From the NCBI RefSeq assembly GCF_009834535.1, contig NC_045697.1:83578001-83642000 (forward strand): 64,000 nt of DNA. The letters are read 5' to 3'. The stretch's first letter is position 1; the number at the start of each line of letters is the position of its first letter. Shown in pieces: positions 28,221 through 40,710 of the stretch. The translations under genes were made by a program, and so were the position numbers. The notes under the pieces were generated by a model. The model did not search any database. It had not been told where the DNA came from and worked only from the letters and a program-made list of their open reading frames with translations. Source of the DNA: Camelus ferus. Lineage: Eukaryota.

Positions 28221-31200
28221 AGAAGCAGTGAGGCCTGAAGTCAGAGTGGTACCTAGAGAGCTGGAAAGAACTTACCAGAAGTTGATAGCAACAGACAAAT
28301 TTTTATAAAGGAAGAATACAGACATCCAAGAACAGAAAGGTGCGGACAGCCTAGTACTAGTCTGTGTGCCATAAGCAGAAAGAGAATTTAAGAAGTCTTG
28401 TGATGCAGCCTGAGCCTTTGGGGAATATAACTATCATCCCATCTTTACAGATGAGGCACCTAAACATCTGGAGGTTCACTGACTCACCCCAAGTAGCACA
28501 ACTGAGTGTCATCATAGCGTTCTCTGTAAAGCTTTAAATGGGAGCAATATTTAGAAAAGTATAGAAAATTGACTTCATAGCTGGAAGAGACAGGAGAGTC
28601 CTGCCCTCCTCCTCGCTGCCCAGTTACCCACCTCCCCTCCCTAATAAGGTGAATTTTCCTATTTAGCAGGCACTATTCCCTCGACATTGGTGTTGAATGG
28701 AACCATTTATTAAAAAAAAAAAAACCCTTGTAGTCCTTTCAGAATTCTGACGTGTCTGAAGCCTGTATGATTGTAATAATAATGATGATAATAATAATAA
28801 TATCCAAACAATATTTTTAGGATTTCCCTTTAAGTCAATATGAGAATGTTGACCTTTCGTAGAAGACTGAATCTACACTTCAGATTTCAGAGCCGCATTG
28901 AGTCTCCTTGTACCCGTGAGGTGTGGTTCTGGGTGGTTTCTACTATGTGAAAGGGTTGATAGTTTCAGAAAGGAAACGTTGATAAACTCCAGTTCTATTT
29001 AACCAAATGGTTTACCTGACTCCTCTGCTAATTCACTTTTAGAAAATGTAACCCCTTATTCCGTAACAGTAGTATAGATTAGTTTATCTATAAATAAGTT
29101 ATTTTAAAGGACTTGTAACTTAGAGCAGTAATAAAAAATTATAGACCACGTAGGGGGTTCCTACTACAGAGTTTTTTAAAGTAGATATTTGGGTTAGTTA
29201 TGATCTTTTATGGTCTTACCACATTTTACCTCTAGAGTTAGAAACCTCTACCATGGTATTGTTCCCACTCCAGCTGCCAGAGGCTTTGGCAGTAGGTGGC
29301 CTCTGCCCGTGCTGATCATGAAGGTTTGGAATCCTTTATATTTCTTCTCTTTCTCCATCTCAGCAGAAATGCCCTTCTAGAAATCTTGCTTTTAATTAAG
29401 TTTCATATGGTACCTTAGCTGACTTTTGTACCTGGGTTGGTCTCCTTCGAAGCTCTGAAAGAACTACTTCACTTATGCTATCTTGTGCCAAACTTCATTT
29501 CTTAAAATGTCTTTTTTCAGTCAAAACAGTAAGCTGTGGCCTGGGTAGACCCAGTCAAGACCTGGTATTTTTTATCTCTCCAAAGGTATAGACAGCTAAG
29601 TGACTCTGTTAAAATCTAGTGAGTGTTTAATCTTTAGTATTGTTCTTCCTCATCCTTTGAGTCTTCACCCTCTACATAAATTTCTGGACAAAGTTGACAC
29701 TCTCAAAATCTTTCAAAATTTTACAAATGACTATTAGAGGGGCTGCCTTAAAATAAATATTTTAAAAGAATTTTTAGGTGTTTTTGTCTACTTAGAAACT
29801 TGACAACAATTAATTCCTAGCTTTTAAAAACCTAGCTATTTTTATTCACAAAATGAATATACTAGTTCGGTTTGTTTACTTCCTCCCAAGGGTGAATTCA
29901 GTGTTATGAGGAAATCAATTCATTGAAGCCTCTTGATAATGAAGCTGATCTTTGTGATTACCGAAATTTAATTCATTCACATATAAGCCAAAATCAGATT
30001 TTCGTGCGGGTCCATTTACTTAAAGAGTCTTTGTTTTTTAATTCTGTCAGGTTTTTTTGGTTAAATTAAACACCTTCAGGGAAGTTTAACTTCATCTCCT
30101 CTCTATATCTTCATTATGCTGTGGAGGCAGTGCTTTAAAACTAAGAAGCAAAATGTTTTCTGCTAGGAAAAAAAATGTTTTCATTGCAAAATTGAATATA
30201 ACTTTTGTACAACGTTGCTGCTTAAATAAGGATTTCTCTTAATTAATCATTTTTAAATCCATCATAAGCTGTAACTGTATTCATTATCCTGTCACTTTGT
30301 GAGTCTAACAGAACAAGAACAGCTGTTGTCTAGTTTATAAATAACAGCACCATGGTCTTTCAGTATCAGAACAGCACACCCAAGGTACACGGCGCAGAAT
30401 TCCCTGGAAATTGGTGGTCTGAGAGCTGGAGACACTCTTGTGCATGTAAACATTTGTTCAGCAGCCAAAGTAATAGCAATGCATTAAACCAATAGAATTA
30501 CTTCTTCTGGCACCTAACAGAAATGTTAATTGATCATCAATCATTAGCTTGTAATAAAAGGGCTGAACTTGCAGTTCTGAGTGTATAGTCAGAAAAATTA
30601 AGTGAGACAGAAATGTTATAAAAAAGATAAATGTTCCAAGCTAAATTGCTTTAAATTACATTGACCTCATCCCTGTACCTTTGAAACCTGTCCCTAATGG
30701 AGAGCAATTGATTTACCCTTCCAGCTTTCCTGTAAGGCCTATCAAATCCCAAATTCAAACGGGCTCTTTGCCAAATTATTCTGCAATTGAGTTTTCCTTT
30801 GAGATTCTTAAATGATGACTAAGGCACAAGCCAGGTAGAAAAACGGTACTCAATGAATTTAAGCTTTAAAAATGAAAGTGACAGCTTTTTTCTCCCATTG
30901 GACAAGGTGATAAAATTAATGGAAGTAATTTTTAGCATAAAACAGTTATAACAGCACAAAAATATGAAGACTATTAGCACCAAAGTGAGCTGTAAATGGG
31001 ACCACCATGAAAAAATTTCAAATGTCTCAGCTACATCTAGGATAAAATGATCAAGTTCCTGGAAACTAAGGAGAATTTGTGAGGAAGATTTTTAGAGAAT
31101 GTTATGCTGTGCAGGGAGTGTGATCCCCACCGCTTTCTCCCCAGGGGAGAGCAGAGGGTGAGTGACAGCCCTGCTGCTCATCTCGGCTCCTATGTGAGGG

Positions 31201-32059
31201 TCCCTAGGACTATCAGAGAGCCTGGCATGTGTTCCCTGCAGGAGAGGACCACGTTAGGCTGGTGTCTGCCTCGTGACTCAGAAAATCAAAGCATGAGAAA
31301 GAGACTGGCTAAAATGGTCTGCGTCAGAAGAGGAGGGGGCCACATCTAAGAAGTATGTGCCCTCTTTTCCAAAGTCAGACCAAAGGCCCCAACATCTCAG
31401 GGCCCAGATGTGGAATTCTTAGTAGGAATGTTATCCGGGAATCCTTCTAAAAGGGCTCCTAACAAAGGACTCAGGGATGCAGTAACTTTGTAAAGGAAAT
31501 TGCATGGGTGGGGCCTAGAAGGAGTATCTCCAAAGATCTCAAATGGCTTTAAACATATGCCATCTGATGACATTATCAATCGCATAGTAATTCCCTGCAT
31601 CCCTCTCCCTGCTTCATCTCCATGTCCCAAACACTAAGGAATCCAAAACCTCAGCTAGCAAGAATAAAATCACCCACTGGAGAAGGATAAATCAGCCTCT
31701 CTTCCCAGCCTCCCTTGCAGATTCTTTTCTGCACCAGGTCACAGCTGAGAGAGAGAAGAAGATTTAATATGGCAACAAGTTTGGAGTTTTGATTATCTTC
31801 TGGACCAGGAGATTTAAACTACTAAATCAGGACCGTGTTTAGCAACTTAAAGCTACATGAGAGCTTTCTGTTCACCTAAGAAGCTAAGGAGACCACGCTG
31901 CCTGCACCAGCCTTCATCCAAGGATAAGGGAAAACCACCCACCCTGAATAAATGTTAAGGGGATGTGTAAAAAAAAGTGATGATATCACTTCAGTGATTA
32001 TATCCCATGAATCTGAAGTGTTTAATGTATGCATTACACAAGATTTTTAAGACTGCAGA

Positions 32060-33020
32060 TATTATATTTAGAGTTGCTCACCTTTGATGAGGTATTTTCA
32101 GTGGAACACTGGGAACAAAAGCCAGATTACAAAGGACTAAAATGTGAACAGAAATGAGGAGTAAAGATAGCACCTAAATACTGCTCCTTTGAAGAGCTTG
32201 GCAGGGAAGAACAGTGGCTGGAAAAGAAAAAAAGCTCAAGAGAGAGCCCACAATGGGAGAGACAAACATGTTTTCAGGTATTAGGGAGGGACCAGTCCAG
32301 AGGATCAAAAATAGCGGAAAACAGAAATAAGTGATAGAATGAGATTTCTCTGGAGTTGAAAGTAGATGGGGTAAAATGCACTTAAGGATATATTAGTCTT
32401 GAATACAAAATAGAACACCTCTGCCTGACACTGAAGGTGTCAAGGGTACTTTTTAAAAGACAAATGCATATGGAGAGGGGAGTTGAAAGAGTTGCTGCCT
32501 AATGACCATTACTCCCCGTTAATCATGGGATGATGAACTAGGGAAATTAGGGAGAGTGGAAGATGAGTAAAGGCCGCAAGAGAAGAATGAGAGTTTGAAA
32601 CAGCTGCTGAAGGGAACTGAAGAGTGAGGAGATAGAGAATGAGGAAAAAGACTATCCCACAGTGCGGAGGATTCCACTGAAACTGGGGACCATGTGCTGC
32701 TGTCACCTGAAGAGCTCCCCTTGTACACTTTCCCTCTAGCTGTGCTGAACAGATCATACGTGGGAGTGAAGAAATTGAATGAAAAGTTGATCCAAAGTCT
32801 CAGACCTGTAGAACACTGAAAGCAGAAAGATACTTTGGGAATCTGAGGGTGAAGGTGGGGGAGGAGTTCAAACTGTGGACCATACAATCTTGCCCGGTGG
32901 AGGAAGTGATCAGATGAACATTGACAGATGCAGAAAAAATGAGGAGATTGGAGACTAGAGGTGTAGGTAAGGTTGATAAGCTGCTGGAAGGAAGCGATAA
33001 ATGAGAAATTATGTTCCTTC
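32060..33020. mobile_element. Degenerate L2 LINE relic
   Basis: Purine-rich with gaacaaaagccagattac...ctcctttgaagagcttggc, L2-like; accounts for spurious ORF 32519-33028. Confidence 0.5.
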
Positions 33021-33049
33021 AAAGCCACAGTAACATAACAACAACAACA

Positions 33050-33245
33050 AATAGCTGTTACTTATTAAGCAATTACTGTGTGCCAAGCAGCACTTCAAAT
33101 GTTTTTATTATGCTTAATCATCATGACAGCCCTATGAGGTGGTTACTATTATTATACCCCTTTTTTCCTTTTCTGTAAGTAAATTAAAGTACTGAGAGTT
33201 TAAATAACTTGCTAAGATCAAAGAACCTACTTTCTTAACCACCAT
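33050..33245 (-). mobile_element. MIR SINE relic
   Basis: cttattaagcaattactgtgtgccaagc...cagccctatgaggtggttactattatt. Confidence 0.65.
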
Positions 33246-33630
33246 GCAAAGTCAAAGACCTAAACATACCATTTATTTACAAAAGAAGGAAGTTTCACAG
33301 GAAACAGAAGAAAGTGGGCGGTAAAAAAATAAGTGGAGACTGGAACAGGCAGAGTTCAGGGAGAAGAGTACAGGGCAAATGGGGCCAAAGTTGGAAGAGA
33401 CAAAAATAAATCACTGAGGAGGCACATGATTTGAATGATGCTAAAGGATTACCAGAATGAACATAAGGTTATTGGTGCCGACTCAAGGCACATACTATAT
33501 CTCATGGGCAGTTCACAGAATAAAGCTGGAAAGGCCCAACACCAGCCCCCAAGGAACTTACAATCTAGACACAAATAAAAGTAGTTTTAAAATACATAAT
33601 ACAAGCTAGAGTGAAAAAAAAGTCAGAAAT

Positions 33631-33761
33631 GGAGAGGAGAGTATAGCTCGGTGGTAGAATATATGCTTCAGCATGCACTAGGTCCTGGGTTCAACCCCCA
33701 TGATCACCCCATTAAAGAAAGAAATAAACCTAATTACCTCACCTCAACAAAAAAAAAAAAA
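33631..33761 (+). mobile_element. tRNA-Ala-derived SINE (Vic-1-like) with poly(A) tail
   Basis: gagtatagctcggtggtagaatatatgcttcagcatgcactaggtcctgggttcaacccc...aaacctaattacctc followed by an A-run. Confidence 0.9.
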
Positions 33762-34854
33762 TTTTATTGTTTTTAATATCAAAAAGACTAAAATTGGGGG
33801 GCTTAATTTTTTAAAAGATTTGCATCTGCCTAGAGAGATCTGAAAATGTAGATGTAATACTCTGGATTCATAGGATTGGCATAAGTATAAACATAAGGCA
33901 GTGTATTCTGGAGAGAAGACACTGCACAAACAACGCGTGGAGGTAGGTGTGTCCAGGTGACACTGGGGAGCAGTAAGCAAGGCAAGCTGACTGGTGCCCT
34001 GAGCACAGGTAAGACTGGAAAGGTATCCTGGGATCGTGGTGTAATTTAGGATGACATCCTGAATTTTAGTTAATTCAGAAGAGTTAATAGCTCTTAAGAC
34101 TACAATTTTAATTTTAGTTATTCAGAGTTATTAGAGGTTTGAACTGGGAAATTACAGAATTGGAGGCTCAGGCCCAGTGTCTCATTAGAATAACCTTCTC
34201 CTCAGAATGTTTTACTTATTTTCCAGAGACGTGCTCGTGTAATGAAGTAGTATCTTGACAGTGGTGAAACTCATATAGTTTTCATGGTAATAAAAATGAA
34301 ACTTCTACAGTTTGATCACAAGCCCATAAAAATAAACTGTTTTCCTTATTTTTTCCCCTAACGAGGTTAACTACAGTATGCTTGTCTTCTTCCACAGGAC
34401 CTTTTAAATGCTATGAAATAAAGTAAAAATGAAGCTGAAAAGCATTCTTTTACATAGAGAAGTTGTAAGATAATATGCATCTGAGAGATGCATGTGGAAA
34501 TGAAGACGAATTTTGCTTGGTTAAAAAATAATAATAATAAACAGGATTGAAGGGGATTTGGGAACTAATTGTACATGTCTGTATGGACCAGTTTTTGGGG
34601 GATTTTTTTTTAAGCAATCTTCTGTGCAACTCCACACACTTGTCAGCCAACCGGAAGCCCTCCAAAGTCACAGCCAAGGGCACTTACTAAGTTGTTCTTT
34701 GTGCCAGGGTTAGCTCTAAGTCTAAAACATCAAAATGTATTTATAAACTTCACAAGACATGTTTGTTTGTAAAATGTGTTCAAAAAGACCACTACAGAAA
34801 ATGATGGCTTTTGGTGAACAAAATCCTTTCAATGAGGATAAACGATGGGTCTGG

Positions 34855-35040
34855 CCCATTTTCTTCAAGTGGTATTCCAATGGCTCCTGCATCAGGAAAC
34901 ACAGGGATGATTCTCTAAAATGCAGGTATCAGGGCACCCTCCAGACCTAGAAAAGCAGAATCTCTGAGGATAAGGCCCAGTGAACTTTTATAAACTTTCT
35001 AGGTGGTCTGTATATATGCTAAGGCTTTTGAATCTTTGGT
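34855..35040. mobile_element. MER5-like hAT-Charlie relic
   Basis: tcttcaagtggt...aaatgcagg...cagaatctctgagg...ggtggtctgtatatatgctaagg resembles MER5A/B. Confidence 0.5.
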
Positions 35041-36125
35041 CACCTGGAAGGATACCAAAACAAAACAAAACTGGTTGGCTGAAGGAAAGAGGTAGGAGGC
35101 AAATTTTTTTACTGTAAACTCTTTTGTGCCTTTTGAATTCTGAATTTTTCACAAACAAGACTTAAAAAGAGAATCGTGTGTATACTTTCAGTGCCCCACC
35201 GTGAACCAGTCAGAGGAGCATGTGGCAAATAGGTTAAGAAAAATGTTTGTGGATTTGAACTGAGCAACAGGGTCAGAAATGGCATAGTTTATAATAAATG
35301 TTGTAAGTAACATACTTTTTATACACCTTAACTTCCTCTCCCCTCCCCCTAAAAAACAGAATAATTACTTTTTTTTCAACTGATTTTGCACCAGGACCCA
35401 TGGTTTTGCTCCTTATTCTTCTCAGTAATGATTCATCTATCTCCGCTACCCGGAACTCACTAGATTCACGTGGCCGTGGCTGCAAAGTGTAGATAAAGCT
35501 TCCCATATCTTTTCTCAGCTACACTCTTACAATTGGTTTACATTTCTCATAAATGCCAGTATAGATGGTATTTGATACTTACCTTTTACCTTTTACAGAA
35601 AAAAAATCATAAATAAGTATCTTGTTATACAAATCTATGTCTATCAAGCTAGAAAGATTTTTTTTAACTGCTAATCAGATAAACTTTATGACTTTAGCAG
35701 TTTCCAACAATTTGAGTTTTAACTAGCTGGGTAGTGTCTTGGATAACAACTAATTATTTGTAGGGTGCTTACAGCAAAACCTGTCATGGAAATGCAATTT
35801 ACCTTTTTTTTGACATTTTCCTTCTCATTGAATTCCTTATGTATAGTAAAGATAACTTACTCTGATACAGCCAATCCTTTTTTAAACAAAACAAACAAAA
35901 CCCCTAAGTTCTGAAACACTCTTAAAATTATAAAGGCATCTTCTTTAGAGAAAGACTAATATCTACTTTCCCCGAAATGGCAACCTTTTCAGGCTGCTTC
36001 TTTGTTTCTTTCTATTCTGTGCAGAAATTGTTGTCAGGTAAGGAATTGCCAAGAAGTAAAGTGACACTACAGTTGTTGTCCGTCAGAACAGAAATAAGAA
36101 GAAATACTGTCTGGAAAGCAAGCTA

Positions 36126-36447
36126 ATTTTTTTTGAATTATAGTTTACAGTATTGTGTCCATTTCTGGAGTACAGCATAATAGTCTAATCATACATATAC
36201 ATACATATATTTGTTTTCATATTCTTTTTCACTATGGATTACTATAAGATATCGAATATAGTTCCCTGTGCCATACAGAAGAAACCTGTTTATCTGTTTT
36301 ATATATAGTAGTTAATATTTGCAAATTTTGAACTCCAAATTTGTCCCTTCCCACTCCCTCTCCCCTCTAGTAACCATAAGTTTGCTTTCTATATCTGTGA
36401 GTCTGTTTCTGGTTTGTAAATAAGTTCATTTGTGTCATTTTTTTTTT
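36126..36447 (-). mobile_element. Lineage L1 3'UTR fragment, antisense
   Basis: Reverse complement matches the L1 tails at about 38600-38930, 52623-52935 and 60300-60565. Confidence 0.88.
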
Positions 36448-38191
36448 ACCAAAACCTTCTCATTGCACCTGTCCTATTATTTGTTGCGCATAGCCTTTCT
36501 AACTGAAAAATAATAAAGAAAACTTGGAGAGGTTATTAGTTCAGCAAAACATACATACAATAAATACTCCATGGGTAAAGAGAAAACTGTGATTCACCCT
36601 GCAAAAATAAGTTTAAAAAGAAACTGAAGTGTTTTATATCCTGACCAATTATACTCCTCTTACAGCATTGTATTTCTTTAAGAACACAAAGCAAATCCCA
36701 AGTTGAGTCCAAAGTCTAGAAGTGTTGCAAGGTGACACGCATTACAAAACCATCACTTTGAAACATTCCTTTTGCTCATGGTGCACTTTGCATTAAGTTA
36801 AGGTAGATATATAAAAATAGAATTGAAAACCTAGGAAAGTTTTCCTCATGGTTGGAGGTTAAGTAGCTTTTCTTTTATAAGATTAAATTCAACACCTTAT
36901 AAGTATTAAGCAGAAGCAATGTCATTAGCTAGCTTATAACTCACTTTGGGTCACTTCTGTTTTTACCAGAGAAAGTAGCCTTTTTCACTTTCTAAACTCA
37001 TAGAAGTAAAAAAGTGGCACTCTGTTTTAAATGTCAGAGCATAAAATGCTTTCCAAAGTTGAAAAGTAAATTCAAAGGGAGATCAAACATATTAGTATCA
37101 GAAAGTCACACAGTATCACTAAATTTTTCTTTGTCTGTCCAATACAGATATTATTCAAGTGAAATACAGACATAGATTTTTTGATAAATCTTTCAAAAAA
37201 TAAAGCAAGAAATTTGAACTACTGGCTAATCAGATTAACATATACTTTTTTTTACATTATATGAAAAAAATGTTAATAGAAAGGAAACTTGAAGTATCAT
37301 TTTGCCATTGTTATTGGGCGCCATTAAAAAATGTGGCATATAAAACAAATGATGAAAGACTGCCTCTAACAGACATTAAAAAAAGAACTTCCAAATTTAA
37401 GTATGATTCTCTTAAGTCTCTCAACAGCCTACTGTTTTGATAAATTTTGGAGGAAAAAAGGAGGTGGGGAGGGTCAAACAATTGAAGCTACTATAAAAAA
37501 ATAACCAGAAGATTAAATTTTAAAAGATTAATTTTTCACAAATACCCCAAAAGTCTTACTTATCAATTCCATGACTGCATCAGTCTGTTGGCAGCTATTT
37601 AAAATCACCCTCAAAGTATTTTGTCTGTGAAAGTGCTAAGATTTAAAATATATGCAGGCAGAGTGAATAGAAACACAATTAAATATCCTTGATCACACTG
37701 AAGGTTTTCATGTGAAAGTCTGCAGGATTTGTTCTGTAGAATATAGGATATCATTGTTTCCTCTTATTCATAGTTGTAATTATATTTTTTTCTGATTCAT
37801 TATATCAGACCTTTCTCTCATCTCTGCCACTTTACCTCAATACATTTTCTTGAATGTTTTTTTACAGTCTCTTAATGAATGAGTCTATTATATTATTATG
37901 ATGATTATAATAACCATTATTACTATTCACTCATATGGCTATATATTTTAGGAAAGTATTATTACCACATGAATTATTTTTATGATCTTTTTATGGCAGC
38001 ATAAATGCCACAGTGGTTTTCATTGTCATTGAAAATCTTATACAGAATTATTTCCACTTGTTAACACTAACCAACAAAAACTATTTGCATTCACTTAAAA
38101 TTAGTAGCTTTAAAAATTTCTGTTCTACACGTTGCCAATTTAATTAAACCTACAGAATTCAAATTTACTTTATTATAAGAAGTTCCCCATG

Positions 38192-38932
38192 AGCATCTTA
38201 CACTGTTGGTGGGAATCTAAATTGGTGCAGCCATTATGTAACACAGTATGGAGGTTCCCTGAAAAACTAAAAACAGAGTTACCATATGATCCAGCAATCC
38301 CACTCCTGGGCATATATCCAGAGAAAACGCTAACTTGAAAAGATACATGCACCTGTTTACAATAAGATACACAGCAGCCCTGTTTACAATAACCAAGACA
38401 TGGAAGCAACCTAAACGTCCATTGACAGATGACTGGATAAAGAAGATGTAGTACATATATCCAATGGAATACTACTCAGCCACAAAAAAGAATGAAATAA
38501 TGTCATTCGCAGTAACATGGATGGACCTAGAGATTATCATAGTAAGTGAAGTAAGTCAGACAAAGACAAATACCATATGATATCATTTATACATGGAATC
38601 TAAAATATGATACAAGTGAACTTATTTCCAAAACAGAAGTAGACTCACAGACATAGAAAACAAACTTATGGTTACAAAAGGGGAAAGGGGGTAAGTGAGA
38701 GAGGAATAAATTAGGAGTTTGGGATTAGCAGATACAAACTACTATATATAAAATAAACAACAAGGTCCTACTGTATAGCACAGGGGACTATATCCAATAT
38801 TCTGTAATAAACCATAATGGAAAAGAATATGAAACAAATATACATATATATAACTGAATCACTTTGCTGTATACCACAAACTAGCACAACATTGTAAATC
38901 AACTATACTTCAATAAAAAATTTTTTTAATAA
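38192..38932 (+). mobile_element. 5'-truncated L1 (about 740 bp) with TSD
   Basis: ORF2-end text (ccatatgatccagcaatcccactcctgggcatatatcc), 3'UTR and AATAAA/A-rich tail; flanked by ataagaagttccccatg (38175-38191) and ataaaaagttccccatg (38933-38949). Confidence 0.93.
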
Positions 38933-39637
38933 ATAAAAAGTTCCCCATGTTTGCTATAATTTTTTCCAATGCATGGATTCAATCTAGGACACCTGCTCTC
39001 ATAGGAGAAGTTTATTTTATCTAGACGAGCATTGAAAACTTTTCTTAAAGGAGGTAAAGGAGGCTTATTGGGAATAGTAGATGCAATACATATGTACAAG
39101 GGTTTCAGAGTGTCATTGACAGAAAACAGTTGAGAGTTATTTTAGTAGAAATTCAGTCACTAGTCTTTTGTCATTATGACCTCTAATAAATACAAATCAG
39201 AGCATTTTTAATTAATGCTAATAACGACAATTCATTGATAATTTATACCCCTTAACTCTACGTACTGCATTACAAACTAAATTAAGTTGATTGAAATTAC
39301 AAAATCCCAGTCTCCTGGGATCCTACTGCCTTGGAATTATGCATAGTTCACATATCATGAGGCATCAATCTACTTGCATCAACATGGGTATAAGGCAGTT
39401 TTTGTTATGAAATACATTAAAACTTCAGACAAGAAATGCTCATTAGGTCTTGCTAATAACAAATCCTCCAGTGTGCATTAATATAGTGAGAATATTTGGG
39501 ATATGTCCAAAATTCAAAAACATGTCATGATTCTAAACCCTGTGCAAAGACTTAAGAAAAACTAACATTGCTATGATTGCACTGCCCCCTAGGGTTAAAA
39601 TAATGTGTTTACACTGAAATTCATTTGCCTTTTTCAG

Positions 39638-39820
39638 ATCAGCATTTTCATGACCCATTTGTCCAACTATGGAAATGACCGACTGGGATTGTATACCTTT
39701 GTGAATCTGGCCAACTTCGTGCAGAGCTGGACCAACTTGCGACTTCAGACTCTGCCTCCAGTGCAGCTGGCTCACAAATATTTTGAGCTCTTTCCTGATC
39801 AAAAAGACCCTCTCTGGCAG
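39638..39820 (+). CDS. NDST3: NDST3 internal exon, end of deacetylase domain (183 nt, phase 0-0)
   Basis: Acceptor gcctttttcag|ATC, donor CAG|gtagga; translates [61 protein letters not shown]. Confidence 0.96.
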
Positions 39821-40509
39821 GTAGGATTGGGTCAATAATTTCTATACTTAATTAATCCCACAGACATATCTTGGAGTTCTATGAGGTTATCCAAATATGA
39901 AAAGTGAAGGCATCTGGGAGGGGAAAATAATGTACATTTTGAAAATGTTAGTAGATTTGAGAAACTTCATAGTGGGCCAAATTCTCTGTGCGCATGCCCA
40001 TTAGAAATTATGGAATTCTGAAAGCTCAGTGAGGGATTCAGTGGATGCAATGTCTTCAGTCAGGAGTGAGGAATCAATTTGCAGATTGCAATAGGCTAAA
40101 ACAGCAGAAGATGGTTTCGGAGTGTGTTAGGCAGGTTACCAGCTTGTTAGCCTTGAGCATATTCCATACCAATGACTAAATGATGTTAGAATGGTAGGTG
40201 AGATGAGTTCAGAACTGAGAACTGCCTCTGAACTAGAGGGCACGTCAGCAGCTGCAGAATATAGGCAGCTTTCAAAAGTATTGGTCAGGAATTACTTTGG
40301 ACATGGGGAAGACGCTTAGTGGCAAAAGCATTGAGCTTCTTAAGTGAAAATGTCACATAAATATGGCATATTCAGACTGCTCTAGGCATAACCCAGATTT
40401 CAAAACTTATACTCTCATGTGTCCTAGAATTGCAAAAACATACTTTGAGCTTAAACTGCCCACTCCTGGACCTGGAGAAAGTAATCATCTTAGCGCCTAA
40501 CCACATCAT

Positions 40510-40710
40510 GCTTATTGTGTGTCAGACTGGGTTCTTTACATATGTTAATTCATTTAATCCTCACATCTACCCTATATGGTAGATATAGTTATTATCCCCA
40601 TTTTACAGGTGAAGAACCTGGGGTACAGAAAGACTGAGACACTGAAGCAAGGTCACACAGCTACTATATGACAGAGTGGGAACGAGTTTCAGGCCACCTG
40701 GCTCCAAAGA
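40510..40710 (-). mobile_element. MIR SINE relic
   Basis: catttaatcctcac...attatccccattttacaggtgaagaacctggggtacaga...aaggtcacacagct MIR core. Confidence 0.8.

Noticed and set aside
32519..33028. Longest ORF in the track (169 aa, minus strand)
   Set aside because: Ser/Phe/Leu-rich translation of a purine-rich L2-like relic with no recognisable domain.
39533..39835. Antisense ORF overlapping an NDST3 exon (also 3292-3628)
   Set aside because: Shadow frames of real coding exons with no independent support.
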